From positions 512,001-576,000 of the forward strand of contig CAWJKZ010000014.1 of the NCBI GenBank assembly GCA_963843575.1: a DNA stretch of 64,000 nucleotides, read 5' to 3'. This DNA is from an uncultured Acidobacteriota bacterium. Lineage in GTDB: Bacteria > Acidobacteriota > UBA6911. Within the stretch, counting starts at the first letter, position 1; each line of letters begins with the position of its first letter. This document shows positions 9,015 to 19,436 of this stretch, piece after piece. The position numbers were made by a program, and so were the translations under genes. The notes under the pieces are model-generated. The model saw nothing but the letters and a program-made list of their open reading frames with translations, ran no database searches and was not told the DNA's origin.

Positions 9015-11423
9015 ATGGCTAAGTCACTCGTAATTGTCGAATCACCCGCGAAAGCAAAAACGATCGGGAAGTATCTCGGCCGTAACTATGAGGTAAGGGC
9101 CTCGGTCGGTCACATCAAAGACCTCCCCAAAAACAGGCTTGCCGTCGACACCGAGAACGACTTCACCCCCGAGTACACCATTATCCCCGGCAAGGAGAAG
9201 ATCGTGCGCGAGCTTCGCGCCGCCGCGAAGGGGACGGAGGCCATCTATCTGGCCGCCGACCCTGACCGGGAGGGTGAGGCGATCTGCCAGCACCTGGAGG
9301 AGGAACTCCGGGGGAAAAACCGCAAGATCTACCGCGTGCTGTTTCATGAGATCACGAAGAACGCCATCCAGGAGGCATTCAAGAGGCCGGGACCGATCAA
9401 CACCCACAAGGTCGATGCCCAGCTCACCCGCAGGATCCTGGACCGACTCGTCGGCTACAAGATCAGCCCCCTGCTTTGGGACAAGGTCCGCCGTGGACTT
9501 TCGGCCGGCCGGGTTCAGACCGTCGCGCTCAGAATGATCGTCGAGCGCGAACAGGAAATCCGCGCTTTCCACCCCCAGGAGTACTGGAATCTCGTGGCTC
9601 AGCTGGCCGCCGGGGCGCCGCCGGAATTTGGGGCCAAGGCGCGCGCCCTGGGGGGCGAGAAGTGGAACGTCGCGGACGGCGAGACGGCAAACGCGGTGGT
9701 CGAAGAGCTGCACGACGCCGTCTTCGTGGTCGACCGCATCCATCGGCGTGAGAAGAAGCGCTACCCGGTACCCCCCTTCATCACCAGCAAGCTCCAGCAG
9801 GATGCCGCGCGCAAGCTGAACTTCCTCGTTCGCCGGACCATGATGCTCGCGCAACGCCTCTACGAAGGGATCGACATAGGCAGTGAAGGTTCGGTGGGGC
9901 TTATCACCTATATGCGCACCGACTCGACCCGGGTCTCGGAGACAGCCCTCCAGGAAGTGCGCGAGCTGATCCGCCGCCAGTACGGGGACCAGTATCTCCC
10001 GCATCATCCGATCTACTACAAGTCCAAGAAGACGGCCCAGGAGGCGCACGAGGCCATACGACCGACGTCCGTCGAGCGTACACCCGACAGCGTCAAGGAG
10101 TTCCTTGAACCCGACCTGCTGCGGCTCTACACCCTGATCTACAACAGGTTCGTCGCCTCGCAGATGAACCCGGCAGTCTTCGACCAGACCGACGTCCACA
10201 TCAAGGCCGGTCGCGTCGAGTTCAAGGCCACCGGGTCGGTGGTCAAGTTCAACGGTTTCCTCAGCGTCTACGAGGAGGCCCGGGCCGAGGACGCGCCCGC
10301 AACCGACCAGGTGGAGCAGGAAGCCGTCCTGCCGGCGCTCGCCGAGCGGGAGATCCTCCAGCTGCGCTCCCTGTCCCCCAGCCAGCACTTCACCCAGCCG
10401 CCGCCGCGCTACAACGAAGCCAGCCTGGTCAAGGCGCTCGAGGCCAGGGGCATCGGCCGCCCGAGCACCTACGCAAGCATCCTGAGCACTATCCAGGATC
10501 GCGAATACGCGGTGAAACAGGAGGGGAAGTTCCGGCCGACAGAAACCGGCGAGGTGGTGGTCGAGTTGCTCGTCGAAAGCTTCCGGGAACTGTTCGACTA
10601 CGAGTACACCGCCCGAATGGAGGACCACCTCGACCGGATCGAGTCCGGACGCGAGAAGTGGACCCAGTCGATGAAGTCGTTCTACGAGCTCCTGTCGAGC
10701 CGGCTGAAAGTCGCGGAAAAGGAGATGCGCGACGTCAAGGGCGAGGAAATCCCCACCGAGGAAATCTGCGATAAGTGTGGCAGCAAAATGGTGATCAAGT
10801 GGGGGCGCTTCGGCCGGTTCATGGCCTGCTCGGGCTATCCGAACTGCAAAAACACACGCGAGATCCCGAAGGTCTGCAGCCTCAACGGGGACGACACGGA
10901 CGCAGACGCCCCCGAGGACACCCAGTGTGAAAAATGCGGCCGTCCCATGGTGCTCAAGCGGGGCCGCTTCGGTGAGTTCATGGCATGTTCGGGATACCCG
11001 GAATGCCGCAACACCAAAAAAATCGTAAAATCGATGAACTCGGTGACGGTCAAGAAAGACGTGCCCCTGGACGAGACATGCCCGGTGTGCGGCAAGAATC
11101 TCGCGATCAAACACGGCCGCTTCGGAGAATACACGGCTTGCAGCGACTACCCCGACTGCAAGTATATCAAGCTGAAAAGGACCGGAGTCCCCTGCCCGAA
11201 ATGCGGCGGCGACATCGTCGAACGGAAATCAAAACGGGGGAAAACCTTCTATGGCTGCGCCCGGTATCCGGAGTGCGACTTCGTGCTTTGGAGCAAACCC
11301 CTGGCTATACCCTGCCCCGACTGCAAGGCGCCCTTTACCCTGATCAAAACCACCAAGCGAACCGGTACCATCCGCTTCTGCCAGACCTGCAAATTCAAGG
11401 AAGCGCTGTCGGAAATCGCCTGA
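9015..11423 (+). CDS. topA: DNA topoisomerase I with C-terminal zinc ribbons
   Basis: LVIVESPAKAKTI, DPDREGE, SAGRVQ, LITYMRTDS, GIGRPSTY, several C4 zinc fingers. Confidence 0.97.
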   Translation: MAKSLVIVESPAKAKTIGKYLGRNYEVRASVGHIKDLPKNRLAVDTENDFTPEYTIIPGKEKIVRELRAAAKGTEAIYLAADPDREGEAICQHLEEELRGKNRKIYRVLFHEITKNAIQEAFKRPGPINTHKVDAQLTRRILDRLVGYKISPLLWDKVRRGLSAGRVQTVALRMIVEREQEIRAFHPQEYWNLVAQLAAGAPPEFGAKARALGGEKWNVADGETANAVVEELHDAVFVVDRIHRREKKRYPVPPFITSKLQQDAARKLNFLVRRTMMLAQRLYEGIDIGSEGSVGLITYMRTDSTRVSETALQEVRELIRRQYGDQYLPHHPIYYKSKKTAQEAHEAIRPTSVERTPDSVKEFLEPDLLRLYTLIYNRFVASQMNPAVFDQTDVHIKAGRVEFKATGSVVKFNGFLSVYEEARAEDAPATDQVEQEAVLPALAEREILQLRSLSPSQHFTQPPPRYNEASLVKALEARGIGRPSTYASILSTIQDREYAVKQEGKFRPTETGEVVVELLVESFRELFDYEYTARMEDHLDRIESGREKWTQSMKSFYELLSSRLKVAEKEMRDVKGEEIPTEEICDKCGSKMVIKWGRFGRFMACSGYPNCKNTREIPKVCSLNGDDTDADAPEDTQCEKCGRPMVLKRGRFGEFMACSGYPECRNTKKIVKSMNSVTVKKDVPLDETCPVCGKNLAIKHGRFGEYTACSDYPDCKYIKLKRTGVPCPKCGGDIVERKSKRGKTFYGCARYPECDFVLWSKPLAIPCPDCKAPFTLIKTTKRTGTIRFCQTCKFKEALSEIA

Positions 11424-11468
11424 TCCCATCCACGACAGGCTCGGGAGCGCGATTGCCGGGCAAAGCGA

Positions 11469-12380
11469 CTACTCCCGCAGACGCTGCTCGAGCATCGGGA
11501 GAAACGTCAGGACGAGTCTTCCCGTCTTGTCCAGGCTGTCCACGCTCACCTTGTCCAGCGTGTCCTGCTCCGTGTGGTGAAAGGAATTGCCCGGGCCATA
11601 ATTGAGGTCGATGATGTCGACGCTGGGGATGCCGACGTCGAGAAAGGGCAGATGGTCGTCCTCGACGGCACCCTGATACCGCGAGAGTATGCCGCCCAGG
11701 CCCGCTTTCCCGGCAGCCTCCCAAACCAGCTCCATGAGCCACCGGGTGGAATTGGTTTCCCTCATGATGTCGAGATCGCGGTCGCCTATCATGTCGAGCA
11801 GGACCAGGGCCTTGATTCTGCCGGCGGTTCCCTCCCGTTTCCACCGCTGCGCGAGGTGTCGGCTGCCATAAGTGCTGTCGAAGGTACTCCATTCGACGAA
11901 GGCTTCTTCGCCGTCGAGAAACACGAACCAGTAGTCGACCCCGCCGTCGTGCCCGAAGAGTACGCGCGCCAGTTCCAGCAGGAGCCCCGTGCTGCTGCCC
12001 CCGTCGTTGGCTGCCACGAAGTTCTTACCTTCCATGAGCTTGCCGTCGTAATGGCTTGCCAGAGCCACCACTTTTCTGCTGCCGCCGTCCTTTCCTTTCC
12101 GGGCAATCAGGTTGACCATGTGTTTTTTGCCGTAGGGGGTGTCGGTGTCGAAGGCATCCTGCTCGACCTGGTATCCGTACGACTGCAGCTCCCGTATGAG
12201 GTAGCGGCGGCACTGCTCCAGAGCGTCGGAACCCGGTGGCCGGGGACCGAAGGCGACCTGCGCCCTGACGTGCCGCATCGCCTTTTCGGCGCTGAAGTCC
12301 GCCATTTCGGCGCGCGGAGCCCCGGCGCAGGCTGCACTCAGGAAAAAGACCAGGATCAGCAACACGGTGCCGGTACGCAT
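11469..12380 (-). CDS. M28 family peptidase / glutaminyl cyclase-like exported protein
   Basis: Signal peptide; FGPRPPGS, ASHYD, AANDGGSS, FLDGEE, LLDMIG, DDHLPF, HHT. Confidence 0.85.
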   Translation of the reverse strand: MRTGTVLLILVFFLSAACAGAPRAEMADFSAEKAMRHVRAQVAFGPRPPGSDALEQCRRYLIRELQSYGYQVEQDAFDTDTPYGKKHMVNLIARKGKDGGSRKVVALASHYDGKLMEGKNFVAANDGGSSTGLLLELARVLFGHDGGVDYWFVFLDGEEAFVEWSTFDSTYGSRHLAQRWKREGTAGRIKALVLLDMIGDRDLDIMRETNSTRWLMELVWEAAGKAGLGGILSRYQGAVEDDHLPFLDVGIPSVDIIDLNYGPGNSFHHTEQDTLDKVSVDSLDKTGRLVLTFLPMLEQRLRE

Positions 12381-12468
12381 GTAACCCCCGTTCGGTCGAT
12401 ACGATGGAGCGGAGTATAGTACGAAAACGCCTGGCGCACCTACCGCGTATCCCGTTGGGCCAAGTGGT

Positions 12469-12497
12469 TTGCGAGCGTCCGGCCGCTGTGGTAGTAT
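12469..12497 (+). promoter_or_regulatory. Putative sigma70 promoter of the fusA-like operon
   Basis: TTGCGA-17 nt-TAGTAT with a TG extension. Confidence 0.45.
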
Positions 12498-12548
12498 CAC
12501 GGTTTTCTGACCTCATTCGCGCTTCGCACCGGGAAAGGAGTCCTTTTT

Positions 12549-14642
12549 ATGAGGGTCTATGAGAGTGACGCCATACGCAACCTCGGCGTCGTAGGACATG
12601 GCGCATCGGGAAAAACCTCTCTGACTTCGGCAATGCTATACACCTCCGGGGCCATCAACAGGCTCGCCAGGGTAGAAGACGGCAACACCGTCACGGACTG
12701 GGACGACGAGGAGATCGAGCGCAAGGTGAGCATCAGCGCTGCCCTCGCCTACTGCGAGTGGAACCGGACGAAGATCAATATCCTCGACACCCCTGGGTAC
12801 AGGCCGTTTCTTGCCGAGACGGAGCTGGCGCTCCGGGCCACGGACGCGGCGCTGGTTGTCGTCGACGCCGTCGCCGGCGTCGAGGTCCAAACCGAGAAGG
12901 CGTGGGAATTCGCCGACCAGTTCAACCTGCCCCGCCTCGTCGTGGTCAACAAGATGGACCGCGACAACGCGAGTTTCGATCGGGCCGTCGGCTCCCTGGA
13001 GGAAGCCTTTGGCCGCTCGGTGATCCCGGTTCAGATCCCCATCGGAGCGGAGCGCGAGCTTTCGGGTCTGGTCAACATGCTGACGAACAAGGCCTACCGC
13101 TACGAGCGCGACGGGTCGGGCAAGTTTCAGGAAATCGAGATCCCCGCCGATCTCCGGGAGGAGGTGGCCGGCCGCCGCGAGAAACTGATCGAGATGGTTG
13201 CCGAGGCGAGCGACGAACTGATGGAGAAGTTTTTCGCCGAAGGAACCCTCACGACCGAAGACCTGGTCGAGGGTCTCAAGACGAGCATTTTCCGGCGCAG
13301 CATAGTGCCCGTGCTGTGCGCGAGCGCGTCGCTGAACGTGGGCGTGGCCCAACTGCTCGATACGATCGTCGATCTTTTACCCTCGCCGGCGCGCGTCGGC
13401 AAGGTGCAAGGGATAGACCCGAAGACCAAGGAGACCGTCGAGCGCAAGATCAGCAACGACCAGCCTTATGCCGCTTACGTATTCAAGACGGTCGCCGACC
13501 CGTTTGCCGGCCGCATCAGCCTCATCCGGCTCTACTCGGGCGTGATGAGGTCCGACACCGTCTACCAGAACATCACCAAGGGCAAGACCGAGAAGTTCGG
13601 CCCCGTGCAGGTCGCCCAGGGCAAGTCGATGACTCCGGTGGGAGAGGTGCACGCCGGTGATTTCTTCGCCCTGACCAAATTGCGCGAGACCACGACGGGC
13701 GACACGTTCAGCGACAGCGCGCACCCCATCCAGTTCACCGGCGTGCAGGTGCCGGAGCCTTCGATCACCTTCGCGATCGAGCCCAAGAGCCGCGGCGACG
13801 AGGACAAGATCAGCAACGCCCTGGCCCGCATCGCCGAGGAAGACGCCGCCATCAAGTACACCCGCGACGCCCAGACCAAGCAGCTCCTGCTCTCCGGCTC
13901 CGGGCAGCTGCACGTCGAGGTCACGGTGGCGAAGCTGCGTAGGCGGTACGGCGTCGAGGTCGTCCTGAAAACACCCAAGGTCCCGTACCGCGAGACTATC
14001 AAGGGGCGCGCCGACGTGCAGGGGCGCTACAAAAAGCAGACGGGCGGCCACGGCCAGTTCGGCGACTGCAAGATCAAGATGGAACCTCTGCCGCGCGGAG
14101 CGCAGTTCGAATTCGTCGACGAGATATTCGGCGGATCCATCCCGCGCAACTTCATCCCGGCGGTGGAGAAAGGGATCGTGGACGCCGCGGCCAAGGGGTT
14201 CCTCGCGGGCTATCCCGTGGTCGATTTCAGGGTGATCCTCTACGACGGAAGCTACCACCCGGTGGACTCGTCCGAGCTCGCCTTCAAGGTGGCCGGCAGC
14301 ATGGCTTTCAAGAAAGGCATGGAGGACGCCCGCCCGGTCCTGCTCGAGCCCATAATGAACGTCGAGATCTTCGCACCGCAGGAGTATGCGGGGGCGCTGA
14401 CGGGCGACCTGACCAGCCGCAGGGGCCGGCTGCAGGGAATGGACATGAAACGCGACACCCAGATCATCAAGGCGCAGGTCCCCATGTCGGAAATGGTCAG
14501 TTACGCCCCGGTCCTCACGTCGGTGACCGGCGGGCGAGGCACCTATCACATGGAGTTCTCGCACTACGACGAGGTCCCGGCCCACGTCGCCCAGAAGATC
14601 ATCGAAGAGGCCAGCAAGGATCGGAAGCAAGAGGAAGAATAG
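12549..14642 (+). CDS. fusA: Elongation factor G paralogue (EF-G2 type)
   Basis: GHGASGKTS, DTPG, NKMD, YRETI, KKQTGGHGQFG, DGSYH.VDSS. The effector motif is ERKVSI rather than ERGITI, and the gene is outside the str operon. Confidence 0.9.
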   Translation: MRVYESDAIRNLGVVGHGASGKTSLTSAMLYTSGAINRLARVEDGNTVTDWDDEEIERKVSISAALAYCEWNRTKINILDTPGYRPFLAETELALRATDAALVVVDAVAGVEVQTEKAWEFADQFNLPRLVVVNKMDRDNASFDRAVGSLEEAFGRSVIPVQIPIGAERELSGLVNMLTNKAYRYERDGSGKFQEIEIPADLREEVAGRREKLIEMVAEASDELMEKFFAEGTLTTEDLVEGLKTSIFRRSIVPVLCASASLNVGVAQLLDTIVDLLPSPARVGKVQGIDPKTKETVERKISNDQPYAAYVFKTVADPFAGRISLIRLYSGVMRSDTVYQNITKGKTEKFGPVQVAQGKSMTPVGEVHAGDFFALTKLRETTTGDTFSDSAHPIQFTGVQVPEPSITFAIEPKSRGDEDKISNALARIAEEDAAIKYTRDAQTKQLLLSGSGQLHVEVTVAKLRRRYGVEVVLKTPKVPYRETIKGRADVQGRYKKQTGGHGQFGDCKIKMEPLPRGAQFEFVDEIFGGSIPRNFIPAVEKGIVDAAAKGFLAGYPVVDFRVILYDGSYHPVDSSELAFKVAGSMAFKKGMEDARPVLLEPIMNVEIFAPQEYAGALTGDLTSRRGRLQGMDMKRDTQIIKAQVPMSEMVSYAPVLTSVTGGRGTYHMEFSHYDEVPAHVAQKIIEEASKDRKQEEE

Positions 14643-14649
14643 CGCCGCC

Positions 14650-15444
14650 ATGCATCCCAAGATTCTGGACGTCGGACCCATCACGATCCACACGTACGGC
14701 CTGCTGCTTGCCGTCGCGTTTATCGCTGGCATCTGGCTGACGAGTCGCAATGCCCGCCGGCAGGGGGTCGATCCCGATGCGATCTGGAACCTGGGGCTGA
14801 TCGTCATCTTTTCCGCCCTGGTCGGCGCCAAGCTCCTCCTGTTCCTGTCCGACTACACTTACTATTCCCAGAATCCGCGGGAGATCTTCGCACTCTCGAC
14901 GCTGCGTTCGAGCGGTGTGTATTACGGCGGGTTGCTGCTCGCCCTGGCGGCGTCGGCCTGGTATCTGCGGGCCAGGCATCTGCCACCCTGGACGGTAGCC
15001 GACCTGGCGGCACCCGGGATTGCGCTCGGCCAGGCCATCGGCCGGCTGGGATGCCTGTCGGCAGGCTGCTGCTTCGGCAAACCGACGCAGCTCCCCTGGG
15101 GCATCACCTTCACTGACCGCTACTCCTACGACAACGTCGGGGTACCTCTGAACACGCCGCTGCACCCGACTCAGTTGTACGAGGCTGCGGGGAGCCTGGC
15201 CCTGTCCCTCTTCCTGCTGTGGAGGCTCTCGCGCAAACACGTCACCGGGCAGATCATCCTCGAGTATCTCGTTCTGTATGCGCTGCTGAGGTTCGTGGTC
15301 GAGTTTTTCCGCGACGACGAGAGGGGATTCGTGCTTCGCGGCCTCCTGTCAACCTCGCAGCTGATCGCCGTATTGACGGTGCTCGTCTCCGCGGGCGTTC
15401 TTTACTACCTGCGGAACCGGCGTCAGGAGGTTGCGGAGATTTGA
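14650..15444 (+). CDS. lgt: Prolipoprotein diacylglyceryl transferase
   Basis: IHTYG, YYGG, GQAIGRLGC, HPTQLYE, RFVVEFFR. Confidence 0.93.
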   Translation: MHPKILDVGPITIHTYGLLLAVAFIAGIWLTSRNARRQGVDPDAIWNLGLIVIFSALVGAKLLLFLSDYTYYSQNPREIFALSTLRSSGVYYGGLLLALAASAWYLRARHLPPWTVADLAAPGIALGQAIGRLGCLSAGCCFGKPTQLPWGITFTDRYSYDNVGVPLNTPLHPTQLYEAAGSLALSLFLLWRLSRKHVTGQIILEYLVLYALLRFVVEFFRDDERGFVLRGLLSTSQLIAVLTVLVSAGVLYYLRNRRQEVAEI

Positions 15445-16388
15445 ACGGCACAAGCGCTCGCTGGACCGTTCCGCCGTCCGCTCCCAAGATGCGCCTGGAC
15501 CAGTACCTCACCCTCGAATTGCCCGGCCAGAGCCGATCGCACATCCAGGGCTGGATCCGTGCCGGCCAGGTCCGCGTCAACGCAATGCGCGAGAAATCCG
15601 GGTATCTCGTCCGTCCCGGCGACACGATCACGCTGGAAGCGGCGGCTGCGCCTGGCCCGGAGGCGCCCATGCCCGAAGACCTGCCCCTCGTGGTGCTCTA
15701 CCAGGACGATTTTATCGCCGTGGTCGACAAACCCGCCGGAATGGCTTGCCACGCGGGCGCCGGCGTGCGCTCCGGGACCCTGGTCAACGCCCTGCTCCAC
15801 CGCCTCGGGCCTGTCGAGACCGGCGACCCCGCGCGGCCGGGGATCGTGCACCGGATCGACAAGCCGACAAGCGGCCTTCTCGTGGTCGCGCGCGACCCCG
15901 CGAGCCACCGGGGGCTCGCTCGGCAGTTCAAGGAACGCCAAGTCCGCAAGGAATACCTCGCGCTCGTTCACGGCACGCCGTCCCCGGCATCCGGGACGGT
16001 AGACAAGGCCTTGGGCCGGGACCCGACGGACCGGAAAAAGATCTCCACCCGTGCACGGCGCACCCGGAGCGCAACCACACACTACCAGGTCCTCGAAACC
16101 TATGGCCCCTTGTCACTGGTGAGCCTACGGATCGAGACGGGCAGAACGCACCAGATCCGCGTTCACATGGCGAGCCTGGGGCATCCTGTCTTGGGCGATC
16201 TCCTCTACGGACGAGGCCGCGACCGGAACCTGCCGGCACTACTCCGTGGCCTCGTCGATCTGCCCGGCAGGATTTTTCTGCACGCGCACCGCCTGGCATT
16301 TCACCACCCGCGCACGGGCGAACCCCTCAGCTTCGTCGCCCCTCTCCCGCCCGAACTGGAGGAAGTGTTGCGCCGGCTGCGCCCGTGA
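15441..16388 (+). CDS. rluD: RluA/RluD family pseudouridine synthase with S4 domain
   Basis: RLDQYL S4 domain, VDKPAGM, GIVHRIDKPTSG, TGRTHQIRVH, LHA; TTG start overlaps the lgt stop. Confidence 0.9.
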   Translation: MNGTSARWTVPPSAPKMRLDQYLTLELPGQSRSHIQGWIRAGQVRVNAMREKSGYLVRPGDTITLEAAAAPGPEAPMPEDLPLVVLYQDDFIAVVDKPAGMACHAGAGVRSGTLVNALLHRLGPVETGDPARPGIVHRIDKPTSGLLVVARDPASHRGLARQFKERQVRKEYLALVHGTPSPASGTVDKALGRDPTDRKKISTRARRTRSATTHYQVLETYGPLSLVSLRIETGRTHQIRVHMASLGHPVLGDLLYGRGRDRNLPALLRGLVDLPGRIFLHAHRLAFHHPRTGEPLSFVAPLPPELEEVLRRLRP

Positions 16389-16402
16389 GTACGGGGCACG
16401 CC

Positions 16403-16432
16403 TTGACTGGGTTTCGCGCGGACACCTATAAT
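16403..16432 (+). promoter_or_regulatory. sigma70 promoter of the VWA gene
   Basis: TTGACT-18 nt-TATAAT. Confidence 0.6.
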
Positions 16433-16470
16433 TTCGCTGTTAACGCGCAACCGGAGACACAGGAAACAAA

Positions 16471-17439
16471 ATGCGATTACCGAGCGTGAGATTGTCCCTG
16501 ACGGCGGTCCTGATGCTGCTGGCCGTTCTGCACCCCTCCCTTTCCGGGCAGAACCCTCCGAACAAACCGGCAGAATCCAGGCAACTGCCTCCGCGCATCG
16601 ACGACCAGACCTACCGGGTCAGCGTCGACCTGATCAACGTCTTCTGCTCGGTCTGGGATAAGAACACGAACTCGTTCGTCACCAATCTCACCCGGGAAGA
16701 CTTCACCGTTCTGGAGGACGAACAGAAGCAGGAAATCAGGAACTTCAGCCGGGAAACCAACCTCCCCCTGACCCTGGCCCTGCTGATCGACACCAGCCAG
16801 AGCGTGTCCCCCAAACTGAAGTTCGAGCAGGACGCCGCGACGAACTTCTTTCACAGTGTGCTGCGCGACAAGGACCGGGCCATGCTGGTGGAATTCGATT
16901 CGGGCGTCACCCTGGTGCAGGACTTCACGAGCGACCCGAACAAAATGGCCGCGCAGATCAAGACCCTACGCGCCGCCGGCGGCACCGCACTCTACGACGC
17001 CATCTACCTTTCCTGTGACGAGAAGTTGATCCGGGAGATCGGCCGTAAGGCCCTGGTCATCCTCTCCGACGGCGAGGACCAGTCCAGCAAGATGACATTC
17101 GAGCAGGCGATGGAGATGGCGCTCAAAGCGGAGGCCACTATCTTCGCGATCAGCGTAAACCGGGGCGGATTTTTCGGCGTCGGCCCCACCAAGAACGGGG
17201 ACCGCATCATGAGGCAGTTCGCCGAAGAAACCGGCGGACGTGCTTTCTTTCCTTTTAAGGTCGAAGAGCTCGAGGACGCCTTCCGGCAGATCAACCAGGA
17301 ACTGCGCAGTCAGTACAATATCGGCTATCTATCCGGCAACACGCAGCGCGACGGCAGCTACCGGAAGATCGAGATCAAAGTCCCCGAAAAAGGACTGCGG
17401 TTGAACTACAGGAAGGGATACTACGCACCCACCGCCTGA
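16471..17439 (+). CDS. Acidobacterial-type secreted VWA domain protein
   Basis: Signal peptide; MIDAS DTSQS, GGTALYDAI, LSDGED, ETGG, ELRSQY.IGY, RKGYYA. Confidence 0.88.
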   Translation: MRLPSVRLSLTAVLMLLAVLHPSLSGQNPPNKPAESRQLPPRIDDQTYRVSVDLINVFCSVWDKNTNSFVTNLTREDFTVLEDEQKQEIRNFSRETNLPLTLALLIDTSQSVSPKLKFEQDAATNFFHSVLRDKDRAMLVEFDSGVTLVQDFTSDPNKMAAQIKTLRAAGGTALYDAIYLSCDEKLIREIGRKALVILSDGEDQSSKMTFEQAMEMALKAEATIFAISVNRGGFFGVGPTKNGDRIMRQFAEETGGRAFFPFKVEELEDAFRQINQELRSQYNIGYLSGNTQRDGSYRKIEIKVPEKGLRLNYRKGYYAPTA

Positions 17440-17465
17440 CGCCATTCGAGCGGTGGTTACGCCTC

Positions 17466-17849
17466 TCAGCGACGCCGGGCTTCGAGAAGGGTGCGAACGT
17501 TCCCCTCGACGTCCGGCCCGCCGAACTCGCCGTTGAGCACCGTCTCTATCAGCTTCTCGGGCCGCCCGTCGAAGAGCCTTGTGACCAGGTCGTGGATGTA
17601 GTTGCGAACCGCTTGTTCGCGCGTGAGCAATGGCTTGTACAGGTAGGCCCGTCCCGCACGCACGTGCGACAGCGCCCCCTTTTCCTCAAGGATCCCCATC
17701 AGGGTCAGGATGGTTGTGTATGCCGTGGGCTTGCGCCGCGACATGATCTCGCAGACGTCCTTCACGGTTGCCGAGCCGCGTTCCCACACCACTTTCATGA
17801 TGTGCAGTTCCTGGCGTGTCAGTATTATTGAGTCTAGGTCCCTCTTCAT
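17466..17849 (-). CDS. BlaI/MecI/CopY family transcriptional repressor
   Basis: ELHIMKVVW, AYTTILTLM..LEEKG, GRAYLYKP. Confidence 0.88.
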   Translation of the reverse strand: MKRDLDSIILTRQELHIMKVVWERGSATVKDVCEIMSRRKPTAYTTILTLMGILEEKGALSHVRAGRAYLYKPLLTREQAVRNYIHDLVTRLFDGRPEKLIETVLNGEFGGPDVEGNVRTLLEARRR

Positions 17850-18129
17850 TACTTCCGCCTCCGACGGGAAAAAGCTTTCTCCGCAGACGTACCGTACCGT
17901 CGTATTGCTTCCGAACACTTAAAAATGGCGTTCATGTTACCAGAAGTACATACGAGGGAATCCGGAAATCGACCGATTATTTAGATTTTACGCCCTTCCA
18001 TGGTTCCACGGCTTAATTTCGTGTTTTTTGCAGGAAGCGAGCACGGTCTTGTTCTTGCTGCTGGCTGACAGCGGACGGTTATGGCTCAGCGCGGCCGATA
18101 CCGCACCCGGGCCGCGCGGTATTCGACGG

Positions 18130-19173
18130 TCACGGTTTTGTCCCTTCCGTGACGCCGGTCAGCAACGCCCGGATCGGCAACGCAGCCCTCCTGCTCGCCG
18201 AATCCGCGGTAAGCAGGGTGATCTGTTCGGCCGACGCCGCGCCCAGCTTCAACTCCGCTGCCCGCCTGATCTGGTCGTGTTCGAAGATGTCCGTGCGTCG
18301 GATCGCGGCGCCGGCGCCGTGGATGCGCAAGATCGAGACGGCCACAGCGTCAATGGCCACCCGGTCGGTGGAAACGGCCAGCATCCCCGGTGCCGCCAGG
18401 TCGCCGCGCTCCGGCCCGCCGCTGATGAACACCTGCGCCGCATCCAGAAAGATCAACGAGGGTGAATACACCAGGTTGGCCTCGGCGATCATCAGCCGCT
18501 GGTCCGCCGACGCGTGCAGTTCCTGCATGTAGTTGTAGGGCTGGGCGTCGTGGCTGTACTTGGCCAGCAGCCCAATCGAATTCTTCAGGCTCGCGCTGAA
18601 GACCCCCCCGAACCGATGCGTCTTGGCACCGCAGATCTGGATGACCGGGGCGTCGTCGTCCAGGAAGCGCGGCAGCTCGACGCCCCTCTTCCAGTGTGAA
18701 TCCGGAACTTCGGCCTTGCGCCACTCGGCCGGGGCCAGTTGATCGAGCGGGAGCAACGCGACATCGAGCCGGCGGGCAAGCTCCGGGATGCCCAGGGCCT
18801 TCCACACCTCCGCCGCCAGCCCCATCCCGCTGCGCTCCACCACCGTGACCCGGCCGCAGTTGCATCGGCGCAGCGCCTCAACCACCCGCGCGAGCGTCTC
18901 GGGGTGCGTCGTGGCCGGGAATGGGTCCGGGCTGTTGAAACTGGCTTTGATGAAGACGTCTCTCCCGCGGAAATCCGGCGCCCCCAGAAGGTCGAGGGCG
19001 GCCGCGACCGCCTTGCCGCGGTCCGCGGCGCCGACGAGGGCCACCGTCGACGGGCGGGGTGTCGCGGTTTCCTGCCTCGACCGCGCCGGCATCCCACCGG
19101 CGATGGCCAGCGCGCCGAATTCACGACGGGTGACCCGGCCGACGCCCCGCGCAAATCCGCTGGAAGAGTGCAT
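18130..19173 (-). CDS. DUF362 domain protein with Tat-like signal
   Basis: TRREF twin-arginine motif; VFIK, TTHPETL, KTH, SLKNSIG, DRVAIDAV. Start codon uncertain (19173-19191). Confidence 0.8.
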   Translation of the reverse strand: MHSSSGFARGVGRVTRREFGALAIAGGMPARSRQETATPRPSTVALVGAADRGKAVAAALDLLGAPDFRGRDVFIKASFNSPDPFPATTHPETLARVVEALRRCNCGRVTVVERSGMGLAAEVWKALGIPELARRLDVALLPLDQLAPAEWRKAEVPDSHWKRGVELPRFLDDDAPVIQICGAKTHRFGGVFSASLKNSIGLLAKYSHDAQPYNYMQELHASADQRLMIAEANLVYSPSLIFLDAAQVFISGGPERGDLAAPGMLAVSTDRVAIDAVAVSILRIHGAGAAIRRTDIFEHDQIRRAAELKLGAASAEQITLLTADSASRRAALPIRALLTGVTEGTKP

Positions 19174-19205
19174 GCTTCCCATGTTACTCAAAGGACGGAG
19201 GCGAT

Positions 19206-19433
19206 ATGCAAGAGAAAGTGATCATCTTCGGCAAGGACACCTGACCGTACACTCAGGCGGCCCGTGAGGACTTCGCCGCCAGGAATGTCCCGGTCGAATA
19301 CCACAACGTGCTCGGCAGCCGGCGTGAAATGGACATGATGCTGAAATACTCCGGCGGGGCGCGAGAGGTCCCACTCATCGTCGACGGGGGACGGGTAACC
19401 GCAGGCTACGACGGCGGCTCCTGACACGTATGA
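19206..19433 (+). CDS. Glutaredoxin-like selenoprotein with two selenocysteines (UXX-star type)
   Basis: GGAGG RBS; reads MQEKVIIFGKDT-U-PYTQAAREDFAARNVPVEYHNV...GAREVPLIVDGGRVTAGYDGGS-U-HV*. In-frame TGA at 19242 and 19422, each followed by a hairpin. Confidence 0.85.
19256..19280 (+). promoter_or_regulatory. Candidate bacterial SECIS element 1
   Basis: ggcggc...gccgcc stem with inner cc-GTGA-gg, starting 11 nt after TGA 19242-19244. Confidence 0.6.
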
Positions 19434-19436
19434 CCC

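Noticed and set aside
9042-11114. 690-aa antisense ORF over topA, and similar long antisense or alternate-frame ORFs (13377-14831, 19656-21293, 43947-45515, 58031-59506, 61133-62674)
   Set aside because: Shadow ORFs expected in GC-rich DNA opposite well-supported genes; no recognisable motifs.
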